From a virus (Duplodnaviria > Caudoviricetes): DNA of 29,826 bases. Below, piece after piece: positions 1-9,990 of this stretch. The notes beneath the pieces were generated by a model. The model ran no database searches and was not told the DNA's origin. It worked only from the letters and a program-made list of their open reading frames with translations. Made by a program: the position numbers and the translations under genes. Within the stretch, counting starts at the first letter, position 1, and every line of letters starts with the position of its first letter. Where the stretch lies: IMG/VR virus record IMGVR_UViG_3300026026_000059, positions 1 to 29,826 of that record. One strand, given 5' to 3'.

Positions 1-1503
1 GTGGTACTCAACCTCAATATGTCGCATATTCGATTCCGGGAATTGGCATTAAAACCCGGAATAGATACGACATCGAAGTTTGGATTCTGTGTCATATATA
101 ACTATTGGAAGCGGTCAGGAGAAAACGAACTGAAGACTGTGTACGACAATATCACTGGACTTTACTCACGCAAAAGAGTTCCGAACAATTATGAGAACTC
201 GTACTGCTGTGAATTGAAGCCTCGCGATTATTTCCAGAACCCAGATATTGCCCGGGCAGAAGAAAGTGACTTTCAAGGGCACATACGCCGCGTTCATGTG
301 AGCGAATTGGTTACAATGCTTAATGACACAGTTTACATCAAAGAAAATGTTCAAAAGGTCTTGGAAGAGGCACGCAAGGGGCAAATCCGAGGTATGGTCT
401 CGTATCGAGGAAGCGACGATTATTCGAAATACGACGAGCGCCGCTACTACATTGATATTTACAGAATTGAGGGCAAGTGTAATATTGTCGGCAACGAGGA
501 AGACGGGGAAACTTACGTTACAGAAATGATAGGAGATACCATTATCCGCCTGACTCGTGAGGATTACGACCGGGGGATCAGATCCTACGTGGTGTGTTGT
601 ATTGATCATAGTTCGAAATACTGGTTTGGGGTTACCGACGCAGAATACGTTGTGACGCATGAGAACTATCTCAATACCCTGCTTGGCATGAACCTTGACA
701 ATGCGATGAGATCGATTCAGCAGTATGTTTTCTATGACAAGAAAAAAATATCCGGAAGCGATCTGCAGAATATTTATCGAAACGGCGGCCTTGTAGGGGT
801 CGACGCGAACGATATTCCCATTTCTCAACTGGTAAGTGCATTCCAACCAGGACGTATCGACCTTTCCTCTACGCAAATGGCGCTCAATCAGGTACAACAA
901 AGTATCCAACAGATGGGTACAAAGGTCGATTTATCGCGCAAAGCCGAAGATGGAGGGCTTCAGAACAAAACTGCGACCGCGGTAAATCAAATGGCGGGTA
1001 TGGGAGATATGCTCGAAGCCGATCTTTTAGAAAATTTTGATTTCGGAGTGATCCGGATAGGGTTCATTCACCTCGTTTTACAAGCTCAATTTTTACCCCA
1101 AGTTTTCTATGTGCGTGCGAAGGCAAAAGAAATAGAACAAGAATTTCAGAAATTCTACATCCTTGGAGAGTTCGATGTTGACATACAATCGACGCTCCAA
1201 AAGAACAAGGCGGGGGAGATGCTCCGTCTTCAGAACTTAGTCACATGGTGGCTGAATATTTCGATGAATCCGCAATTGCAGCAGGCTGGGGTAAACATTC
1301 TTCCGTTGATAAAAGATATTTGGACAAAGGCCGATGTTCCGAGCGATGAAATCATGCCCGATGAACAGGCTCAAATGGGCGCCCCTGGAATGGTCCCGAG
1401 TAATCCACTTCCTGCAATGCAGGGAGGAAGCATGGTTCCGGTCAATCCCTCTCCGTTTCCGGCTCCATTGCCCTCCCCTATTACTACAGGGGGTGTGATG
1501 TGA
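1..1503 (+). CDS. Phage portal protein (5'-truncated by window edge)
   Basis: At least 500 aa, upstream of scaffold and capsid. Contains a 'KTATAV' stem-like motif and 'GEFDVDI' followed by a Gln/Pro/Met-rich C-terminal tail typical of podoviral (P22-like) portals. Assigned from position and motifs. Confidence 0.8.
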   Translation: MVLNLNMSHIRFRELALKPGIDTTSKFGFCVIYNYWKRSGENELKTVYDNITGLYSRKRVPNNYENSYCCELKPRDYFQNPDIARAEESDFQGHIRRVHVSELVTMLNDTVYIKENVQKVLEEARKGQIRGMVSYRGSDDYSKYDERRYYIDIYRIEGKCNIVGNEEDGETYVTEMIGDTIIRLTREDYDRGIRSYVVCCIDHSSKYWFGVTDAEYVVTHENYLNTLLGMNLDNAMRSIQQYVFYDKKKISGSDLQNIYRNGGLVGVDANDIPISQLVSAFQPGRIDLSSTQMALNQVQQSIQQMGTKVDLSRKAEDGGLQNKTATAVNQMAGMGDMLEADLLENFDFGVIRIGFIHLVLQAQFLPQVFYVRAKAKEIEQEFQKFYILGEFDVDIQSTLQKNKAGEMLRLQNLVTWWLNISMNPQLQQAGVNILPLIKDIWTKADVPSDEIMPDEQAQMGAPGMVPSNPLPAMQGGSMVPVNPSPFPAPLPSPITTGGVM

Positions 1504-1868
1504 TCAACTGGTTGATGCGAGTCCTATTCGGGAAAAAGATCGAGGAATTGAATCGTATTGAAAAGGCTTTGAATGATAAACTATCTGAAGTAAACACGGT
1601 TTATACCACTATAAAGATATACAGCGGTATCGACACGTCTTATTATTCATGGTTGTGCGGCATCTTGAAAAGTGAGGAGTACAGATATCTGTTATTCGAT
1701 CTTCGAGAAAACGTTTTGCGGGATATGGTGTCCACTTCCGACAAAGAGCAGATAATGCGCAACATGGGGCGTCTGGATATGATAGGAATAATTGACAATT
1801 ACATTAACCGATACAAGATAGATTATGAAAATTCGATTCGAAGAAATACTGAAGTTGCCAAAAAGTAG
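1500..1868 (+). CDS. Hypothetical phage protein (portal-adjacent)
   Basis: 122 aa ORF overlapping the portal stop codon; helical. Confidence 0.7.
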   Translation: MINWLMRVLFGKKIEELNRIEKALNDKLSEVNTVYTTIKIYSGIDTSYYSWLCGILKSEEYRYLLFDLRENVLRDMVSTSDKEQIMRNMGRLDMIGIIDNYINRYKIDYENSIRRNTEVAKK

Positions 1869-2133
1869 CCCTATGCCGAAAGAGGCGAACGCGGCCATTC
1901 GAGACGCTCTTCCTGCGGCACTGGTAAGCAATGGAGTTGGAAAGCTATTGGAAAAGATCGAGGGGCGACGATGGTTCGGAAAACTGAAGTATCCTAAAAA
2001 CGATCCCAAGTTTGAATTTACCTTCCGGTTTGGTGTATGTCAATGCTTCACCACTCTTTTCGAAGAGGGTGAAGCAGCTTTTTACATGAATACGAACAAT
2101 GAAAACGTTGACTTCGGAGGAAAGAAAAAATGA
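1825..2133 (+). CDS. Hypothetical protein
   Basis: 102 aa ORF tiling the operon, with an ATGA overlap into the next gene. Confidence 0.6.
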   Translation: MKIRFEEILKLPKSSPMPKEANAAIRDALPAALVSNGVGKLLEKIEGRRWFGKLKYPKNDPKFEFTFRFGVCQCFTTLFEEGEAAFYMNTNNENVDFGGKKK

Positions 2134-2453
2134 AGGAATTAAAAATCGTTCAGGACGATGACGGGAAAATAACCGTCGAGAGTACCGGAGACGACGGCAA
2201 CCCGCTTATCACCGAAGCGGGAAGTGTTGATGAAGCGATCGACCAAATCAAGAACGAATTCGAAGGGGATCAAGGTGGAGAATCTGAACCCATGGGCGAT
2301 GATATGCCCGGTGAAATGCCTATGGAAGAAAACGGACCGATCGCGGCATCGAAGGGAAAGAAACTTGAAGACAAGTTGCCGTTAATTGACAAAAAGAAAA
2401 AGGGTGCGAATACAAGAAGCCCGGCCGATTGGAAAGATTACTCGGGGCTTTAA
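2130..2453 (+). CDS. Acidic hypothetical protein
   Basis: GGAGG RBS upstream; acidic N-terminus and Lys-rich C-terminus. Confidence 0.7.
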   Translation: MKELKIVQDDDGKITVESTGDDGNPLITEAGSVDEAIDQIKNEFEGDQGGESEPMGDDMPGEMPMEENGPIAASKGKKLEDKLPLIDKKKKGANTRSPADWKDYSGL

Positions 2454-2456
2454 AAA

Positions 2457-2591
2457 ATGCCTTTTAAATCAAAAGATCAGGCATGGTACTTTTACTTTAA
2501 TAAGCCAAAGGTTTACAAAGAGTTTAAACAACATACTAAAAGCATGAAAAATCTACCTGAAAAGGTTGATAAAAAGAAAAATTATACCTAA
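2457..2591 (+). CDS. Small basic phage protein (44 aa, MPFKSKDQAWYF...LPEKV), missing from the ORF track
   Basis: Translated by hand. It fills the gap between 2453 and 2603 exactly, and small MPFKS-x-x-Q proteins are common in phage head modules. Confidence 0.7.
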   Translation: MPFKSKDQAWYFYFNKPKVYKEFKQHTKSMKNLPEKVDKKKNYT

Positions 2592-2602
2592 AAGGGGAAA
2601 TT

Positions 2603-3709
2603 ATGGCTGATGTAGCACAAGAACCAGCAGTTGAAGGTCAAGTGGCTTCCGAAACATCTTCGGTTGACCAAAGCGGCTATTTGAATGATGCATTTAGCGG
2701 ATATCTTCAAGACCCGAATACGGATGCCACTGATGAATCGAAAAACACCGAAAACCAGGCACAAACGCCGAAAGAAGAAAAACCACAGGTAGAAAAACCG
2801 AAAGAAGATGTAAAAAAGGAAGAGGAGAAAAAGGTAGATCCCTTCGAAAAAGCATTCCAGAACGAATCGGGAGATTTCGACATTGAAAAGCTCATGGGCA
2901 TATCGCTTGATGGACTCAATTTTCAGTCAGATGAAAAGCCACAAGAATCTTCCCGGCCTGAAGTGAAAAGCAATATTCCCCTATGGCAACAGGAATATGA
3001 GGCTGAAAGAACGTTCAAGGAGAACGTCAACAAATCACGTCTTGGACCTATTGAATCGGCATACACTCGAATTCAGCAAATCCAGATCCCGGATGAAGTA
3101 AAAAATATTGCTCTTTCTGTTCTGAACGAGGAGTACATCAAGGCCAGGGATGAAAATGAGAAGTTCTTCCGAGAGAGGGAACAACAGAACACGTTCAAAG
3201 CGCGCCAGGAAGAACAAGAACGATTGAGAGAAGAGGTTAGGTCGGCCAAACTGCCGGAACTCGCCAAAACGAATGCCATGGCGATCATTTCGAAACTTCC
3301 CGGCGGAGAATCGAAAGAAAAGATAGATCTATATAACCGAATTATGTTCGGTCCCGATGCGGGAGGTGAACTACTTCAATACTTATTCGCCGATAAATAT
3401 CCTGATTTCAATAAAAAAACACCGGAAGAACAAAATCGGGTAAGATTAAAATATGTAAATGAACTTCAAGCTAATGGAGAAAGGCTTCAAGCCCATTTCG
3501 AATGGTCAAAACGATTTTTAACAGCCCACCCGGAAAATATGAAAAAGATCATGAGTCAGGTTTCGCGCTCCGCCGAAGCGAATACGAAAAGCAATGCTTT
3601 AGCGGCGCAAAAGAAACCGGATGGGTCGGTAAATAGACAACCGAAAACGGGAAATTCAAACTGGGATAAATATTTTTCCAATCCCAAGGAATTAAAAACA
3701 CGAATTTGA
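2603..3709 (+). CDS. Probable capsid scaffolding protein
   Basis: Acidic, disordered N-terminus with an E/K/Q-rich coiled-coil body; immediately upstream of the major capsid gene; AAGGGG RBS. Confidence 0.7.
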   Translation: MADVAQEPAVEGQVASETSSVDQSGYLNDAFSGYLQDPNTDATDESKNTENQAQTPKEEKPQVEKPKEDVKKEEEKKVDPFEKAFQNESGDFDIEKLMGISLDGLNFQSDEKPQESSRPEVKSNIPLWQQEYEAERTFKENVNKSRLGPIESAYTRIQQIQIPDEVKNIALSVLNEEYIKARDENEKFFREREQQNTFKARQEEQERLREEVRSAKLPELAKTNAMAIISKLPGGESKEKIDLYNRIMFGPDAGGELLQYLFADKYPDFNKKTPEEQNRVRLKYVNELQANGERLQAHFEWSKRFLTAHPENMKKIMSQVSRSAEANTKSNALAAQKKPDGSVNRQPKTGNSNWDKYFSNPKELKTRI

Positions 3710-3721
3710 AAGGATTTCAAT

Positions 3722-4984
3722 ATGACTATTACCAGAAGTAGTGTGTCGTCTGGTGGCGCACCGACCGTTCCGGCGTTTAGCGCCACGCAGCAGAATAAGA
3801 GAGACGTACTTGACTATATTAAGTTCAACGTCGCGAGAAACTGTAAATTGATTGCCCTTCTCGATGAATTCCAGGTGGGAAAATCGGACATTTCTTTGTC
3901 GAAAGGAATGATCAAGAAAACGGAGGTTACCCAAAAACGTTACGAATGCTATAATCATACCGATTATGACAAATACATAACGGTAACATCGTGCGTCATT
4001 ATCTCTTCCGGTCCGACATATACGTTGACCGCTGACTCGACGGCACAAATTAAAGTATACGACACCCTTTACTATTTCGATCAGTCAACAGGTAAGACGC
4101 TTTCCGCTCGTGTTGACAGCATTACGAATACCACGGTATGCGTTGTTGAAAGCTTCGGCGATACCGCCTTCTGCCCCGACGCAAACACCGTTGTAGGCGT
4201 CAGTGCGACGGCCTACCCGGACAATAGCGTCAATCCGTCCTACATCAGCAAGGACTTTGACAATGTTTACAACGTTCTTCAGATTTCCCGCGAGCCGGTT
4301 GCAATCAGCAATACCATGCTGAAATCGGAGTTCTACGCCACGAAGGATTATTTCAAACTTCTTAAAATGATCAACATGGCGCGATTCTACGAAAAGATGG
4401 AGCGTACTTGGCTGTTCGGAAACAGGCCGACGGGATCGCTCAATGTCAATCCGGCAGGAACCGCCCTTACCGGTACATTCTCGACCACTCAAGGGGCATT
4501 CAACTGGGCGGCGAACAGTTATGACATGAACGGGAACATGACATCATTCAAGCTCAAGACAGAACTTTCACGGGCGCTTCCCGTCGTCGGCGAAGGCGAT
4601 CCAATGATCTGCTTGGCCGGGTTCGATGTTCTGGGAAGAATCGATGATATGGTATACGACAAGGTTCAATATCAGATCGATGTGGGTAGTGGAAAAACGA
4701 CTCTCCAGAAATGGGGGATCAACACGAAGATCATCAAAACGCAGACGTTCGAAATGGAACTTGTCAATCACAAGGCTTTCAATGAGGGAGAATTAGCAAG
4801 AACGATGTTCATATTCAACCCGGAAAATACCGATTTCGTACATCTTCCCGACAGGGATATTTTCCCGAATGTCGGTATTCAGGAAAATGACAGGGATGGA
4901 GTCATTGACGAAGTGATGGGTGAATGTGGGTTCCGTACAAACGATGGCGGTCAGTCCATGGCAATCATAAAAAATTGCTGGTAA
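3722..4984 (+). CDS. Major capsid protein (HK97 fold, SU10/DUF5309-like)
   Basis: 420 aa with 'NVYNVLQISREPVAISNT', 'MERTWLFG' and 'DGVIDEVMGECG' motifs and an inserted beta domain; follows the scaffold and precedes a terminator. Confidence 0.85.
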   Translation: MTITRSSVSSGGAPTVPAFSATQQNKRDVLDYIKFNVARNCKLIALLDEFQVGKSDISLSKGMIKKTEVTQKRYECYNHTDYDKYITVTSCVIISSGPTYTLTADSTAQIKVYDTLYYFDQSTGKTLSARVDSITNTTVCVVESFGDTAFCPDANTVVGVSATAYPDNSVNPSYISKDFDNVYNVLQISREPVAISNTMLKSEFYATKDYFKLLKMINMARFYEKMERTWLFGNRPTGSLNVNPAGTALTGTFSTTQGAFNWAANSYDMNGNMTSFKLKTELSRALPVVGEGDPMICLAGFDVLGRIDDMVYDKVQYQIDVGSGKTTLQKWGINTKIIKTQTFEMELVNHKAFNEGELARTMFIFNPENTDFVHLPDRDIFPNVGIQENDRDGVIDEVMGECGFRTNDGGQSMAIIKNCW

Positions 4985-4989
4985 TCAAT

Positions 4990-5011
4990 TGGAGGGGAAA
5001 CCCTCCATTTT
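4990..5011 (+). terminator. Rho-independent terminator after major capsid gene
   Basis: TGGAGGG-GAAA-CCCTCCA stem-loop followed by TTTT. Confidence 0.8.
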
Positions 5012-5038
5012 AAGAAACAAAAAAATGAAAGGCTTTCT

Positions 5039-5551
5039 ATGAAAAAGATTTTTGCAGGCATCTTCACCATGATCGCGGTTTCGCTATTGATGGCCGCGGC
5101 CGCTACGAACCCCTATTCTCCTTCGGAAAAGAGTTCATTCCCTTCAAACGTAACTATTTACTCTCTCGGATCATCCAGCACCACCGATACCCTGTACACG
5201 AGTTCCGGTCAGGTGGTGTATGGTCCGTATAGCATTTGTACGGGTGCAAATATGTTTATGGCAAAAGGGTTTCAAGCCTATATGCCTACCGGTGGGCTCG
5301 CTTCCGGAGATAGCATTCAGTTTCTTTACCAGATTATTCCTGGAAATCAACTATCAGATACCATGACTACTTGGAACGCCGTGGACACCTTTATTACCGG
5401 TAAAAAAGGCACCTATACTGACATAAGTTCAAGGGCAGGGGGCTCAATCGTATTCAAACTCATTAATTTGGATGCATCCAAGGTTGGATTGGTTGCGAGG
5501 AAGAAGCTTAAGATTGCAATCATTACCACGTCATCGGAGACAAAGCAGTAA
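5039..5551 (+). CDS. Signal-peptide-bearing beta-rich protein (possible capsid decoration or exported protein)
   Basis: N-terminus MKKIFAGIFTMIAVSLLMAAAA looks like a Sec signal; the gene is bracketed by two terminators directly after the capsid gene. Confidence 0.6.
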   Translation: MKKIFAGIFTMIAVSLLMAAAATNPYSPSEKSSFPSNVTIYSLGSSSTTDTLYTSSGQVVYGPYSICTGANMFMAKGFQAYMPTGGLASGDSIQFLYQIIPGNQLSDTMTTWNAVDTFITGKKGTYTDISSRAGGSIVFKLINLDASKVGLVARKKLKIAIITTSSETKQ

Positions 5552-5553
5552 CC

Positions 5554-5577
5554 AGTGGGGTAAACCCCCACTTTTTT
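5554..5577 (+). terminator. Rho-independent terminator
   Basis: AGTGGGG-loop-CCCCACT followed by a T run. Confidence 0.8.
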
Positions 5578-5602
5578 ATACTTAAAAAAGGAATATTTAT
5601 TT

Positions 5603-6112
5603 ATGGGAATCAAACATGCGGCTCTCGGAGTTTATCCGAAACAAAATCTTTCCGACAAAGTGTATTATGCCAATCGTATGAACATGCCTTTTTCGTATCA
5701 CCTCAAGGGTGAGGATGGAAAATTCATACCTTATAAAAACCCGATGACCGGAGAACCCAGACGAAACGGCAGAGGGGAAATTGAACACCGACACGAAACC
5801 GTGATGTTCACAAAATGGATAACCACCTTTAGCGATGTAGGCTATTGGTGTGTATTTGTTGTAAACAAAGACACGCCTAAAGAACTTGCCAATGCTCTTG
5901 AAGAAGCGGCGGTTAGTAAAAAAAGCGAAATCATGAGCGAAAAAGCGTTTCTGGAATTCAGTAATCCGATTCTCGCTAAACATTTATCCGACACCGACAA
6001 TCTGTATAAAGAAAAGGAAAAGCTTGAGCGCGACGTTGCGGTTATAAGAGCGGAAAAGGGAAAACTTGAAGACGAAATCAATCGCCTCAAACAGAAGGCC
6101 GGTATTAAGTAA
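5603..6112 (+). CDS. Hypothetical protein with C-terminal coiled coil
   Basis: 169 aa ORF; heptad-like C-terminus; TAATG coupling to the next gene. Confidence 0.7.
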   Translation: MGIKHAALGVYPKQNLSDKVYYANRMNMPFSYHLKGEDGKFIPYKNPMTGEPRRNGRGEIEHRHETVMFTKWITTFSDVGYWCVFVVNKDTPKELANALEEAAVSKKSEIMSEKAFLEFSNPILAKHLSDTDNLYKEKEKLERDVAVIRAEKGKLEDEINRLKQKAGIK

Positions 6113-6831
6113 TGTTCGCCGACACCTATTCCGATCTTGCACTCACATTCAACGAGTGGCTTGACAATTCCCCGACCGGCGGGGAATATGTCACCAATTT
6201 GACTCTTGACTATGCAAATAGGGCACAAGATTCAATTTGGAGTGAACCAGCAAATGGATGGACACTCCTTACAAGATCGGAGAAACTTACCATAGCGAAC
6301 CTTATCGCTACACTTCCCACTGGATGCGGATTACTGATTCATGTTTATTCCGATTGTGATTCCGATGGTAAACCTGATTTTTATTATTTCAAAGACGGAC
6401 GATTAATCGATGGATTCAAATTCATTCCCGGATTCACAAAGGCGAGCGGGCATACAAGATCAATTCAATTTTTTCAGGCGCCGAACGAGCCTATATACTG
6501 CGATTATCAAGTAAAACTTGATGCTTTTGCGGGAACGAGTACAGAATACATGTTTTTCCCAAAAAGTATCATGCTTGGCAAAATGCAGTATCTCCGATGT
6601 CTCGATAAGGGCATGTTGAATGAATGGAAAGCGTTGAGTGCCGAATACGAAAAAGAACTTTCCAGATTCAAGAGCCAACACCAGAACGTAGGAGAAATGC
6701 CGGGAATAACCATCAATGATTCATGGGGAAAAGAGGTGGTTATTCCTCGGCATAATCTCAATTACGATTCTGGCGGCCGGGGAAGAATCACGGGTTCCAC
6801 CAATGACCGAGATACATATAGGCGGTACTAA
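6112..6831 (+). CDS. Probable head-tail adaptor (tail tubular protein A-like)
   Basis: 239 aa with a helical N-terminus ('LDYANRAQDSIW') and helical C-terminus around a beta core; directly upstream of the nozzle gene. Confidence 0.65.
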   Translation: MFADTYSDLALTFNEWLDNSPTGGEYVTNLTLDYANRAQDSIWSEPANGWTLLTRSEKLTIANLIATLPTGCGLLIHVYSDCDSDGKPDFYYFKDGRLIDGFKFIPGFTKASGHTRSIQFFQAPNEPIYCDYQVKLDAFAGTSTEYMFFPKSIMLGKMQYLRCLDKGMLNEWKALSAEYEKELSRFKSQHQNVGEMPGITINDSWGKEVVIPRHNLNYDSGGRGRITGSTNDRDTYRRY

Positions 6832-8741
6832 TGACCGTTGCAACTCGTAAACTTATAGTCGTCGACTTCTCAGATATGTCCGGCGGGTGCAACAATATCG
6901 AGAACCCGAACAACCTCTTCAAAAATCAGATTTGCGATGAATCAATAGGTTTTGCTCTCAAAAAATCCGGATTGGTGAAACAACCCGGAGCGGTCGGATT
7001 GTCTTCCTCCATTACATTCACCGATTATCTGCGGGGTCTTTTTTCACATCGGCAATTTTCAGGAACCGAAAGTCTTTATGGGGTTTCCGGAGGAGTTCTT
7101 TCGCTTATATCAACTACAGATGGATCGTTGACCTCAAAATATTCTATGGGCGGATCCAACAATGAGGTGTGGTCGTGCGATGCCTATGGTAAAAAGTTCG
7201 TATGCAACGGAAATTCCACGATAAAGATTGAGGGTATGACCTCCTATCAGGTTGGCATCAGTGCACCTACGGGCGCCTCGGCAGCGGCCACGGCGGGCTC
7301 CGGGCTTCCAGACGGTACCTACGGCGTCTACGCGGGCTACGCAAGGTCTGTTAGCGGTATGAACGTGCTCTACAGCGTAGGCCAAAGCCTTGGAGATATT
7401 GTTTTGGGAAGCGGAAGCAATCGCATCACCATAACATTTCCCAATAGTTCCGATCCACAGGTGAATAATAAAGTGATCTGGATAAAATCACCTGGAGAAC
7501 TGATTCACTACTTTTTCCAGGAAACGGGAGATAATACCACTACGGCTATTGTCGTGAGTTCTGCATCGGCAAAACAGACTGCGATCGTTTATGAATACGC
7601 GGCCGCGGATAACGGACTTCCGCCAGCGATCACCTTCATTTATTCTTTTGCCGGGCGTCTTTGGGGGATAATCGACAATATCTTTTACTACAGCAACGAT
7701 GGAACATTTTCCCAATATGCCGTGGAAACATTTTCAACAAAAAATAATCGAGTTACTCCCTATAAACTGACAGGTATTTTTTCCGTTGGTCAAAATCTGT
7801 TTTTCAATACTGATAACGGAATACTCATCCTTCCCTATGGCGACGTGAATCAAAAAGAGTTTCTCATTGAAACCCGGTGGCACTTTTTCGATATGAGGAC
7901 CGTCGCATCTTGGAATAACGGAGTTATCGGATTGACAAATCAGGGTATACGTCTTTTTGACGGACAGCAGTTCACCACCTTCAATTATGCATATCCGATT
8001 CAGGAAAAAATCGATAAAATATATAGTTCATCCACTGATTTCATACCGTGCGGTTTCGTTTTAAGAAAAAAGAATCGCGATGAATACCATTTGATGTTTC
8101 AGGACACCACTCTTTCAGTGATTGTAAATACCACTCATGCGGTTCTCAATCTTTCGAGTGCGTTATGGGGAGATTCGAATAATTATCTTCTCGCATGGGA
8201 ATATCAACCGATATCCGGTAATTATGCAGTGGTATTTGAAGGTAATAATACTCTTTATATAGGTCAATCAAACGCTTCGGCAAGCAAGGTGTATAGAGAA
8301 ACCATTACCACTTCGCAAATTTCCGATGTTTACGATTCTTCCGGGACTCTGATTTCTACGGCAACCGACAAACAGTCATACCTCAAAAGTCGGTATCATA
8401 TCGAGAACGTCGCCGGGAGAATGCGCTTCAATAAGTTCTATTGTAATGTGAAAAATGAGTATCCATTTACAATTTGTGTTTCTTCGGGTCAGGATAACGA
8501 ACGGACTACCGGAGAACTAACCATTCCCCCGAGCGGAGGATCATCGGTTTTATGGGATGAAGCACTATGGGACGATGCAAGTTTCCCTTCCGAAACCGGA
8601 GGAGTAATAAGGAAAAAGATGCCGTCTCATTTCTGGTGTAAATCTGTCTTCATTGAGATACGGCAATCGGCGAATGATATCAATTTCAAACTTCTTCAAC
8701 TCGCTCTTATCGGAGAGGTGGAAACGAGTAACTATTCATGA
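6831..8741 (+). CDS. Probable tail nozzle / tail tubular protein B (P22 gp10/T7 gp12-like)
   Basis: 636 aa beta-propeller-like protein; N-terminal 'DMSGGCN...GLVKQPG', 'FAGRLW' and C-terminal 'LWDEALWDDASF' are typical of podoviral nozzles. Confidence 0.75.
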   Translation: MTVATRKLIVVDFSDMSGGCNNIENPNNLFKNQICDESIGFALKKSGLVKQPGAVGLSSSITFTDYLRGLFSHRQFSGTESLYGVSGGVLSLISTTDGSLTSKYSMGGSNNEVWSCDAYGKKFVCNGNSTIKIEGMTSYQVGISAPTGASAAATAGSGLPDGTYGVYAGYARSVSGMNVLYSVGQSLGDIVLGSGSNRITITFPNSSDPQVNNKVIWIKSPGELIHYFFQETGDNTTTAIVVSSASAKQTAIVYEYAAADNGLPPAITFIYSFAGRLWGIIDNIFYYSNDGTFSQYAVETFSTKNNRVTPYKLTGIFSVGQNLFFNTDNGILILPYGDVNQKEFLIETRWHFFDMRTVASWNNGVIGLTNQGIRLFDGQQFTTFNYAYPIQEKIDKIYSSSTDFIPCGFVLRKKNRDEYHLMFQDTTLSVIVNTTHAVLNLSSALWGDSNNYLLAWEYQPISGNYAVVFEGNNTLYIGQSNASASKVYRETITTSQISDVYDSSGTLISTATDKQSYLKSRYHIENVAGRMRFNKFYCNVKNEYPFTICVSSGQDNERTTGELTIPPSGGSSVLWDEALWDDASFPSETGGVIRKKMPSHFWCKSVFIEIRQSANDINFKLLQLALIGEVETSNYS

Positions 8742-9586
8742 AAAGTAAAAAAAATTTTCTGGCTTTGATGTGGGTAATAATTATTATTGCCCTTGCGTTC
8801 GCGGCGAACAAAGTGACGGTTCCCAATCGAGCTGTTGCACATACCGCCATTTCTTCTTCTCAATTCAATGCCAACCTCGATACTATGGCTGGAGGAATAA
8901 ATCAGATTTGCGATACGCTGAATAACAACGTCCCGCGATATACTCAAAACGCAACTACTCACGACAAGATAATTCCTTATTTGAGGGTTGACACAATAAG
9001 AAGCAACCCAAGCATTGACAGCATAGCAGGAAATCCTTGGATAAACGTTGTTAACACTGATTCTATACGTTCAAGATCTGGATTGTTTACCGGTGTATTG
9101 AATTCTGATTCGGCATATTATTCAACAGGAATGAGAACGTCAAACGGAACCTTTACGGGAACATTGACAGCAACGAGATGTGAGCGGGGGATGGCAACTT
9201 GTACATTGTCGGCAGGTCCAGGAGTAACGTTTAGTATGCCTGACGGGACCGTCGATACTACCGGATATTTGTACTGGACTAAAATAGGTGGCATGGTGTC
9301 TGGATACCTTTACAGTATCCGTACTATGGTCACCATTGCTGATTCGAACGTAGGTTCTGTGACGATAAGAAATTTTCCAGCGGAAATAGCTAGTGTTCCT
9401 TTTAGTTTTATTCCAATAGAATCTTCTACGGAATCTACAGTTGGAAGAATTCAAGACACCCTTGGGTCCAGATGGATATTATGTGTTGAATATCAAAATG
9501 CATACATTCGAGGAGTAAGAGAAGGCGGTGGAGCAAAAACACAATTGAGGTATGTAACGTTTACTTACTATATGGATTTGTTTTAA
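8738..9586 (+). CDS. Tail fibre-like protein with N-terminal signal peptide
   Basis: 'HTAISSSQFNANLD' resembles the virion-anchoring N-terminus of podoviral fibres and 'LYWTKIGGMV' resembles a fibre tip domain; preceded by a hydrophobic leader ending in ALAFA. Confidence 0.6.
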   Translation: MKSKKNFLALMWVIIIIALAFAANKVTVPNRAVAHTAISSSQFNANLDTMAGGINQICDTLNNNVPRYTQNATTHDKIIPYLRVDTIRSNPSIDSIAGNPWINVVNTDSIRSRSGLFTGVLNSDSAYYSTGMRTSNGTFTGTLTATRCERGMATCTLSAGPGVTFSMPDGTVDTTGYLYWTKIGGMVSGYLYSIRTMVTIADSNVGSVTIRNFPAEIASVPFSFIPIESSTESTVGRIQDTLGSRWILCVEYQNAYIRGVREGGGAKTQLRYVTFTYYMDLF

Positions 9587-9990
9587 TGCCCAATCAAATA
9601 ATTAATATTTCCCCAACGATGACCAATCTCCTCGGGTCTTTTACCGAGGATTCGGTAATAATTCTGTGTGATACCAGTTCCGGAGAATTTTCATCCGAAA
9701 TACCGGATGGGTTCCTTTCAAAGTGTGTAAACGTGAAGTTATTCAATATTGGAATTTATGATATTGTCCTAAATTTCAAATCGAAATCATTGCTTTACTT
9801 TTACAATGGGTATATTTCTTCGGTGGTGATAGGGGCCGGACAATCATTTGAAATGTTCAACGAACCAATAACCGGTAAATGGCGATCTGTTACCGATCCT
9901 TCTATACGGTTGATTTGGGATGATTTCAGACTCAAGGGTCAGGTCTATCAAGACAATGCATGGCATACATGCTTCAAAGGCGGATACTGA
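9586..9990 (+). CDS. Hypothetical tail-associated protein
   Basis: 134 aa; translationally coupled on both sides. Confidence 0.6.
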   Translation: MPNQIINISPTMTNLLGSFTEDSVIILCDTSSGEFSSEIPDGFLSKCVNVKLFNIGIYDIVLNFKSKSLLYFYNGYISSVVIGAGQSFEMFNEPITGKWRSVTDPSIRLIWDDFRLKGQVYQDNAWHTCFKGGY